From contig OZ037769.1 in the NCBI GenBank assembly GCA_964035545.1, forward strand, positions 17,638,633-17,702,632: 64,000 nt of DNA, read 5' to 3'. The notes below the pieces were generated by a model. The model did not search any database, had not been told where the DNA came from, and saw only the letters and a list, made by a program, of their open reading frames with translations. Below, in pieces: positions 1 through 8,940 of the stretch (its first letter is position 1; every line of letters starts with the position of its first letter). Both the position numbers and the translations under genes were made by a program. Source of the stretch: Bugula neritina. Lineage: Eukaryota; Animalia; Bryozoa.

Positions 1-39
1 CTTCTAATTGCTTCATGCTAAACACTCTGACCAGTTCAG

Positions 40-218
40 CTATATACTATATAATATGTATTATATATATACTGTACAGTGTAGTATATACTGTATATTA
101 TATATATACTATACAGTGTAGTATTTACTGTATAGTATATATAATATACAGTGTAGTATATACTGTATATTATATATACTATACAGTGTAGTATATACTG
201 TATAGTATATATAATATA
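40..218. repeat. AT-rich intronic minisatellite
   Basis: Recurring tacagtgtagtatatactgtat units. Confidence 0.8.
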
Positions 219-234
219 CACCGAATGTATTTAG

Positions 235-3200
235 ATTATGAAGAGCAGTACATCAACTCCCTCCTTTACAGAGAAAGTGAAATCTCCTTTGGTATGTCAT
301 TAAATATACTCAAATACTTTGCAAATTATCTCACTGTGTTATACTCTACTCTGTATACTCTGTATACTCTGTATACTCTACACTGTATACTCTGTATACT
401 CTGTGTACTCTGTATACTCTGTATACTCTACTCTGTATACTCTGTATACTCTACTCTGTATACTCTGTGTACTCTGTATACTCTGTATACTCTACTCTGT
501 ATACTCTGTATACTCTGTATACTCTACACTGTATACTCTACTCTGTATACTCTGTATACTCTGTATACTCTGTATACTCTGTATACTCTGTATACTCTGT
601 ATACTCTGTATACTCTGTATACTCTGCATACTCTGCATACTCTGTACACTCTGTACACTCTGTGTACTCTGTGTACTCTGTATACTCTGTGTACTCTGTA
701 TACTCTGTACACTCTGTACACTCTGTATACTCTGCATACTCTGCATACTCTGTATACTCTGTGTACTCTACTCTGTATACTCTGTATACTCTGTATACTC
801 TGTGTACTCTGTATACTCTGTGTACTCTGTGTACTCTGTATACTCCGTATACTCTACTCTGTATACTCTGTATACTCCGTATACTCTACTCTGTATACTC
901 TGTGTACTCTGTATACTCTGTGTACTCTGTATACTCTGTGTACTCTGTGTACTCTGTGTACTCTGTGTACTCTGTATACTCTGTGTACTCTGTATACTCT
1001 GTATACTCTACTCTGTATACTCTACTCTGTATACTCTACTCTGTATACTCTACTCTGTATACTCTACTCTGTATACTCTGTATACTCTGTATACTCTGTA
1101 TACTCTGTGTACTCTGTGTACTCTGTGTACTCTGTATACTCTGTATACTCTGTATACTCTGTATACTCTACTCTGTATACTCTGTATACTCTGTATACTC
1201 TGTATACTCTGTATACTCTGTATACTCTGTGTACTCTACTCTGTATACTCTGTATACTCTGTATACTCTGTATACTCTGTGTACTCTGTATACTCTGTGT
1301 ACTCTGTATACTCTGTGTACTCTGTGTACTCTGTGTACTCTGTGTACTCTGTGTACTCTGTATACTCTACTCTGTATACTCTGTATACTCTGTATACTCT
1401 GTATACTCTGTATACTCTGTATACTCTACTCTGTATACTCTGTATACTCTGTGTACTCTGTGTACTCTGTGTACTCTGTGTACTCTGTGTACTCTGTGTA
1501 CTCTGTATACTCTACTCTGTATACTCTGTATACTCTGTATACTCTGTATACTCTGTATACTCTGTATACTCTGTATACTCTGTATACTCTACTCTGTATA
1601 CTCTGTATACTCTGTATACTCTGTATACTCTGTATACTCTGTATACTCTGTATACTCTGTATACTCTGTATACTCTGTATACTCTGTATACTCTGTATAC
1701 TCTGTATACTCTACTCTGTATACTCTGTGTACTCTGTATACTCTGTGTACTCTGTATACTCTGTATACTCTGTATACTCTGTATACTCTGTATACTCTGT
1801 ATACTCTGTATACTCTGTATACTCTGTATACTCTGTATACTCTGTATACTCTGTATACTCTGTATACTCTGTATACTCTGTATACTCTGTATACTCTGTA
1901 TACTCTGTATACTCTGTATACTCTGTATACTCTGTATACTCTGTATACTCTGTATACTCTGTGTACTCTACTCTGTATACTCTGTCTACTCTGTATACTC
2001 TGTATACCCTGTATACTCTGTTAAGGTGCGACTGAGTGAGAGTTTTCAGGATTTGTCTCGCCATGTAATGAAGTCCTCAGGCTACACAAGTAGCCCGCTC
2101 TCTCAAGAGTCATCTCTCCCCGCCACTCAACCTGCAGACAACTCCAAACTAGGTAAGTATATACTGCTTGCTCAGTCTCCTTGCCTGCAGCACCTGCCTG
2201 TCTCTTTCTCAGACTAAGTGTGTGTCAGTCTCTCAGTCTATCTCATGTAATACTCTCTCTTTTACCTTAGTACTGCCCGAGTGTCCTACTATAACAGAGG
2301 TATGTCTATATGGTTAGTCATGCTTCAATATATATCCAATATGTATTGTATACGCTCAATGTATGTAAGCTGTATTGTCATTGGCTCTCACAATATATTG
2401 TATCCACTCTAGAGTCTAGTATCTACTCTCAGTTGTATACTTTAGTACATTCTATTGGCTGCTGGAATAAATAGCTAAGTCGAGTAGTGGCATGCTGACC
2501 ATGTGGGCTTACCTCTCTCTCTCTCTCTGTGTGCTATTTCATTTCTCCTCTCAGTTTGTATTTCATTTCACCTCTCAGTTTGTATTTCATTTCACCTCTC
2601 AGTTTGTATTTCACCTCTCAGTTTGTATTTCACCTCTCAGTTTGTATTTCACCTCTCAGTCTATTGCTGCTAGTCTATTGCTGCTAGTCTATTACTGCTA
2701 GTCTATTGCTGCTAGTCTATTACTGCTAGTCTATTGGTCGTATACATATTTTAGGCAAGCAGACTTATCTGTCAGGATCGTGCTGTGATTTGCGATCAGG
2801 TTGGATTTTCATCTGTTTCTTGCACTTCTGATTATTTCACTTATTTTTGCTGGTATTGATTGTGACTAACTTATGCTATGGAAACATAGTAGTTGTCTCC
2901 TCTTAAATCTAACTCTTCAGTACTAGTTACTAGTAGCAGTGTCTAACTCTTCAGTACTAGTTACTAGTAGAAGTATCTAACTCTTCAGTACTAGTTACTA
3001 GTAGCAGTATCTAACTCCTCAGTACTAGTTACTAGTAGTAGTATCTAACTCCTTAGTACTAGTTACTAGTAGCAGTATCTAACTCCTTAGTACTAGTTAC
3101 TAGTAGCAGTGTCTAACTCTTCAGTACTAGTTACTAGTAGCAGTGTCTAACTCTTCAGTACTAGTTACTAGTAGCAGTATCTAACTCTTCAGTACTAGTT

Positions 3201-6200
3201 ACTAGTAGAAGTATCTAACTCCTCAGTACTAGTTACTAGTAGCAGTATCTAACTCCTTAGTACTAGTTACTAGTAGCAGTGTCTAACTCTTCAGTACTAG
3301 TTACTAGTAGCAGTACCTAACTCTTCAGTACTAGTTACTAGTAGCAGTATCTAACTCCTCAGTACTAGTTACTAGTAGTAGTATCTAACTCCTTAGTACT
3401 AGTTACTAGTAGCAGTATCTAACTCCTTAGTACTAGTTACTAGTAGCAGTGTCTAACTCTTCAGTACTAGTTACTAGTAGCAGTGTCTAACTCTTCAGTA
3501 CTAGTTACTAGTAGCAGTGTCTAACTCCTCAGTACTAGTTACTAGTAGAAGTATCTAACTCTTCAGTACTAGTTACTAGTAGCAGTGTCTAACTCCTCAG
3601 TACTAGTTACTAGTAGCAGTGTCTAACTCCTTAGTACTAGTTACTAGTAGCAGTGTCTAACTCTTCAGTACTAGTTACTAGTAGCAGTATCTAACTCTTC
3701 AGTACTAGTTACTAGTAGCAGTGTCTAACTCTTCAGTACTAGTTACTAGTAGCAGTGTCTAACTCCTCAGTACTAGTTACTAGTAGCAGTATCTAACTCC
3801 TCAGTACTAGTTACTAGTAGCAGTGTTACTCATACCTCATCTAATCTATTTTATTATTTCAAGGTTGCTAAGAATACACTTTTGTTTTCATCACTTTTAT
3901 AGCTGCTTGACTATGCAAACTCACTTGCTTTTCATGTTACCTGTGTTGCCAAGTATTAGTTATTCATTTTAGTTAATCCAGTCAAACTACCTATGTACTC
4001 CTGTCACCTGTGTACTCCTGTCACCTGTGTAATCTTGTCACCATCTACCTGTGTACTCTTGTCACCTGTGTACTCTTGTCATCTGTGTACTCCTGTCACC
4101 TGTGTAATCTTGTCACCTGTGTACTCCTGTCACCTGTGTAATCTTGTCACCATCTACCTGTGTAATCCTGTCGCCATCTACCTGTGTACTCCTGTCACCT
4201 GTGTGATCCTGTCACCATCTACCTATGTACTCTTGTCGCCTGTGTAATCCTGTCACCTGTGTACTCCTGTCACCTGTGTAATCCTGTCACCTGTGTAATC
4301 CTGTCACCATCTACCTGTGTACTCCTGTCACCATCTACCTGTGTACTCCTGTGTTATCTAGGAAGCAGAGAGTTGGCAGACAGGACTCCATCAGACGAGG
4401 GGTACGGCAGCACGCCGAGACGACTCACTGATGACACTAGAACAGAGCAGCAGATGGAAACACCATTTAGTGATGAGAGTAGAAAGATTGTCCGCTCTGA
4501 TAATGTGCAAAGTGAATCACCAGTGAGTCATCATCTCTCTCTAGCATTCTATTATATTATTATCTTATTTGGTTATATTACTATATTATATTAAATAATT
4601 ATATAATATTATTCTATATCTATTTCCTCTCACATCCACCTCAGGTCAGGTATACACATGTTATTCACTACTTTTCATTTCCTTTGTTTCCGTGTGGTTT
4701 TCAATATTTTCTGGCGTGTAGTGTATTCTTATCAGCCTACATCAGCACTTGGGTGCACCATAAATACAAAATCAGTGTGTTGCTGGGCAACTCAGTGTGT
4801 TACTGGGCAACTCAGTGTGTTGCTGGGCAACTCAGTGTGTTGCTGGGCAACTCAGTGTGTTGCTGGGCAACTCAGTGTGTTGCTGGGCAACTCAGTGTGT
4901 TACTGGGCAACCCAGTGTGTTACTGGGCAACCCAGTGTGTTGCTGGGCTAGTTGCTACTGCACAGCAGCAAGTTTACAAGTATTTGTAGGAGATAAAATG
5001 CAAATTAACAAAGTTATGCCCATTTTTATATTAAGGGTAACTTGCTCAATTATCATGATTAGGAGTAATTAATGCATATTCAGTCCTGGCTACTTTCTGT
5101 GGCCTAGTTTTTATTCACCAATCACCTGTCATTAACCATTTTCGTCCACCAATCTCTTTGTCATTAGCAAATCTCGCTTATACCTTCGGGGTCGAGTTTT
5201 GATCAAATTCCAATTATTTACTAATATAACATCACTCACTGGGAGTCATTTAATATCACTTATTATGAGTCGTTTAGTATCACTCACTACGAGTCATTTC
5301 GTATCACTCACTATGAGTCGTTTAGTATCACTCGCTATGAGTCATTTAGTATCATTCACTATGAGTCATTCAGTATCACTCACTATGAGTCATTTAGTAC
5401 CAGTCACTCTTTACTCTCATCACCTCTATATCACGGATTATCACTTGAAGGAAAGTAAATATAAAGTCTCTTGGACTACACTAGCACTTCTAACTCATCA
5501 CATTATGAAGACAGTGTGACCAGGAGATTGATGCTATAGTTGAATATATCATCAGCTATCAAGTGAATGGATACCTGAGTTGGCTTTGCAATATTGTGGC
5601 TAATTATTGCCTATAATAGCACCAACAATATTTTTATCATTTCTGCATGCATTTTGGTTGGTAAGAATTGCCTGCAGTCCCTGCTGTTCTAACACTATAT
5701 GGTATTGGCATGAGTTGATAGTCACTAGCACTTCCTACCAACCAGCTTCTGCTATCAGTAAACTCCAACAACACCAAGTGGAGAGCATTACCTCTTAACC
5801 TATTGTAAGCTGTATTTTAATTGGATTATCAGAAAGTAAGCTCTCTGCTGATTGGCTGAAAGAAAATTGATGATTTTAGGTCTCCATCGAAACAGATTTT
5901 AAAAGAATAAAACCAGAAGCAAGAAACCATGAAACAGGAGCCCTTACAGCTAATACATTCCATAGTAGCACCAGACCTAGTTATAGTCCTACTCATAGTC
6001 CTAGTCCTACTCATAGTCCTACTAATAGTCATATTCATAGTCCTATTCATAGTCCTACTCGCAGTCATAGTCCTAGTCCTACTCATACTCATAGTCATAC
6101 TGATAGTGATATCTATGCTCCCCATTCAACCCACCACCCACCTTTGGAGCATAAATCTGAGGACAATAATGTTGCCAGAGGTCACAGCATTCCAGCCAAT

Positions 6201-8051
6201 ACTAAGCCTAGTAACAGTCAATTAGCCAATCAGGCTCAGCAAACAGTAGCTGGTACACCAATAGACAGCCAGTGTGATACAGCTGCTGACACTCCTAGAC
6301 GTGGAGAATCTGCTGGGTTACTCCCGGCTAAGGAAGAAGACAACTCCCAGAGACTGTCGGTGAGCTCTGATTTGCTGTATGATTGGTTGACAAGAGACAA
6401 TGCATGCTGGGATAGCGCTGACAGGAAATATGTGTCAGGTTACACGGCCCTTGGGCTACTGATTGTAGGTACAGGTGGAGGAAAAGACAAGCCAACGGTT
6501 GAACATCTCACAAGATGCCAGCTGTGAAGAGGTCTATGAAGAGGATGGAGACAGCAGTTTACACGGTGAAAGAGAAGACAAATCTAGAGTACATATGCAT
6601 AGTGATATTTACAGGTAGAGTATATATACATAGTGATATTTACAGGTAGAGTGCATATAGAGTATTATATTACTACTAGGGAGTACATATAGAGTATTAT
6701 ATTATTACTAGGGAGTACATATAGAGTATTATATTACTACTAGGGAGTACATATAGAGTATTATATTATTACTAGGGAGTACATATAGAGTATTATATTA
6801 TTACTAGGGTGTACATATAGAGTATTATATTATTACTAGGGTGTACATATAGAGTATTATATTATTACTAGGGAGTACATATAGAGTATTATATTATCAC
6901 TAGGGTGTACATATGTTGCTATTACTGACAGCATGAATGCACTGGATGAATTGGAAGCTCTAAGTGACAGCATGGATTCTCTCAACTCCATCGACTGCGA
7001 AGATGACGAAATCTGTGACATATCCCAGCGTGCACCATCCGACATTTCTCAACCAGAAACAAAAGCTTTAGGAGAGTCCGGGGCGCCGTTATTGGTTGAT
7101 GACGATGAGGAGAGCGTGGCAGGAAGTGATGTCGATCAAGATGAGCTGAGTTTGTGTTCTTTTGGCAGCACAGCAGATCTGAACGCCTGTGGCAGCGCTC
7201 CGCTGCCTGCTTGGATTGAGGTGAGAGAATTGCTTGTAGTACAGGTGGGAGTATTATAGTAATATATTCTACAGGTGGGAGTATTATAGTAATATATTCT
7301 ACAGGTGGGAGTATTATAGTAATATATTCTACAGGTGGGAGTATTATAGTAATATATTCTACAGGTGGGAGTATTATAGTAATATATTCTACAGGTGGGA
7401 GTATTATAGTAATATATTCTACAGGTGGGAGTACCAGTTATTATTATAGTAATATATTCTACAGGTGGGAGTACTAGTTATTATTATAGTAATATATTCT
7501 ACAGGTGGGAGTATTATAGTAATATATTCTACAGGTGGGAGTACTAGTTATTATTATAGTAATATATTCTACAGGTGGGAGTACCAGTTATTGTGCTGTC
7601 AACAAAGGGCGACTCCCCTGAGAAAGGTTACATCAGATTCATCGGTGAAACCGACTTTGCAGCAGGGTCGTGGGTCGGAGTTCAACTCGACAGCATGAAA
7701 GGTGAGCTGTAGAAGGTCAAGGTGACAGGATGTTTATCTGATCATCACCTCACAAGTGTCACACAAAGCCATTCAATTTTCATGATCGTTTCTGTTGTAG
7801 GTAAGAACAACGGCACTGTTCATGGTAGAAGTTATTTTCATTGCAAGCCAAACCAAGGAGTGTTTGTTAGACACGACCGGCTCCTTCTGGACAAGAAGAG
7901 AAGTAGCAAGTCATTTACCAATGAGACTCCCACCCCAGCCACTCCTCCCCCTTCCAAAGAACATTCTAGTAGGTCTAAAACTGCACCGATTGCCACCTCT
8001 ACTCCCTCGTACCTCAAACCTACGCAGTCCAGTAAATCTCGTAAGAACTGA
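235..8051 (+). CDS. KIF13B: 3' portion of a kinesin-3 KIF13/khc-73-like gene with C-terminal CAP-Gly domain; exons 235-291, 2026-2152, (optional 2755-2799), 4362-4522, 5880-6359, 6469-6614, 6932-7220, 7575-7701, 7801-8051
   Basis: GT-AG exons join in consistent phase (0,0,1,0,0,2,0,1) with no stops: IMKSSTSTPSF.. / VRLSESFQDL.. / ..SDEGYGST.. / low-complexity S/P/H/D-rich region / PAWIE-VGVPVIV..KGYIRFIGETDFAAGSWVGVQLDSMK-GKNNGTVHGRSYFHCKPNQGVFVR, which is a CAP-Gly domain. A terminal CAP-Gly after a long disordered tail with a GYGS motif fits KIF13B/khc-73. The motor domain lies outside the window, so the name is inferred. Confidence 0.72.
340..2020. repeat. 9-bp tandem array (CTCTGTATA/CTCTGTGTA, with CTCTA interruptions)
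   Basis: Directly visible; source of the 500-600 aa spurious ORFs. Confidence 0.98.
2535..2735. repeat. Two adjacent minisatellites (19/24-bp CAGTTTGTATTTCACCTCT; 14-bp CTAGTCTATTRCTG)
   Basis: Directly visible. Confidence 0.9.
2908..3825. repeat. 34-bp tandem array with internal palindrome TACTAGT-T-ACTAGTA
   Basis: Unit CTAACTCTTCAGTACTAGTTACTAGTAGCAGTRT, ~27 copies. Confidence 0.97.
3988..4353. repeat. 17/24-bp tandem array (TCACCTGTGTACTCCTG)
   Basis: Directly visible; abuts the acceptor at 4361. Confidence 0.93.
4772..4948. repeat. 20-bp tandem array (TCAGTGTGTTGCTGGGCAAC)
   Basis: Directly visible, ~9 copies. Confidence 0.95.
5230..5410. repeat. 24-bp tandem array (TCACTCACTATGAGTCATTTAGTA)
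   Basis: Directly visible, ~7 copies. Confidence 0.9.
6655..6913. repeat. 32-bp tandem array (GAGTATTATATTATTACTAGGGAGTACATATA)
   Basis: Directly visible, ~8 copies. Confidence 0.93.
7240..7592. repeat. 30/40-bp tandem array built from the 3' splice site of the CAP-Gly exon
   Basis: ACAG|GTGGGAGTA at 7241, 7271, 7301, 7331, 7361, 7391, 7421, 7461, 7501, 7531, 7571. Confidence 0.97.
7575..7701 (+). CDS. KIF13B: CAP-Gly domain exon 1 of KIF13-like gene
   Basis: ctacag|GTG GGA...ATG AAA G|gtgagc; encodes G-x-IRFIG-x-T-x-FA-x-G-x-WVGV-x-LD. Confidence 0.9.
7801..8051 (+). CDS. KIF13B: CAP-Gly domain exon 2 and C-terminal tail (terminal coding exon)
   Basis: ttgtag|GT AAG AAC AAC GGC; GKNNG...YF.C...GVFVR; TGA at 8049-8051. 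Confidence 0.9.
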
Positions 8052-8173
8052 TTTGCTGATAGGAATGGTGCTGTGAGACCACACATCTTGTCCCTTCTAT
8101 TGGCCAGGTTGATGTTGAGGAGTTGTCAGTGAATCTGTGCTTAAACATTAGCTAATGCTTGAGGATATTTACA

Positions 8174-8461
8174 AGTGTTCTGTGACATACTGAGTACAGT
8201 GCTCTGTGACATACTGAGTACAGTGCTCTGTGACATACTGAGTACGGTGTTCTGTGACATACTGAGTACGGTATTCTGTGACATACTGAGTACAGTGCTC
8301 TGTGACATGCTGAGTGCAGTGCTCTGTGACATGCTGAGTGCAGTGCTCTGTGACATACTAAGTACAGTGCTCTGTGACATACTGAGTACGGTGTTCTGTG
8401 ACATACTGAGTACGGTGCTCTGTGACATACTGAGTACAGTGTTCTGTGACATACTGAGTAC
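8174..8461. repeat. 24-bp tandem array in KIF13-like 3' UTR (GTGCTCTGTGACATACTGAGTACA)
   Basis: Directly visible, ~12 copies. Confidence 0.96.
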
Positions 8462-8847
8462 CTATGAGGTGAAAAATGCTGATGTCATTTTCTTGGGATA
8501 TATTTTTCAATTTTGAAACTTAATTCATAGAAATATTTCCTGGTTGTACACACGCCCAGTTTAAACTATCAAGCTCCTTTCTCATATCCTACTTACACTG
8601 CCTGTAACTAGGACTTTTTAAATCGTATCATAGGTTTTGCTTACTCCAGATTGTATGATTGGTTATATATAAAGCATCTACAATATTATTATGAACTACT
8701 TGATAATTAATTGTTGTTTATTATTTATATTGCAAGCATTCAATGCTTTATTTACCTCCTTTTTCATCATGTCATTTACTTATTCAATTTATGAAACTAT
8801 TTTTAGATTAACTTACACTTTTAAGTGTAGCATATTGTGGGTGATTC

Positions 8848-8853
8848 AATAAA
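8848..8853 (+). terminator. candidate poly(A) signal of KIF13-like gene
   Basis: AATAAA at the end of an AU-rich 3' UTR, just before the convergent gene. Confidence 0.5.
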
Positions 8854-8894
8854 CGAAACTAGTGATTATATACCATCAGGTAGAAATTATCATC

Positions 8895-8900
8895 TTTATT
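8895..8900 (-). terminator. candidate poly(A) signal of the carboxylesterase
   Basis: AATAAA on the minus strand about 40 nt after the TAA stop. Confidence 0.5.
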
Positions 8901-8940
8901 GTTATCAAATGACTAAAACAGATAATAATAGTATGGTTAA

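Noticed and set aside
225-2217. 500-630 aa ORFs in three frames
   Set aside because: Translations of a stop-free 9-bp intronic array; only 235-291 and 2026-2152 are exonic.
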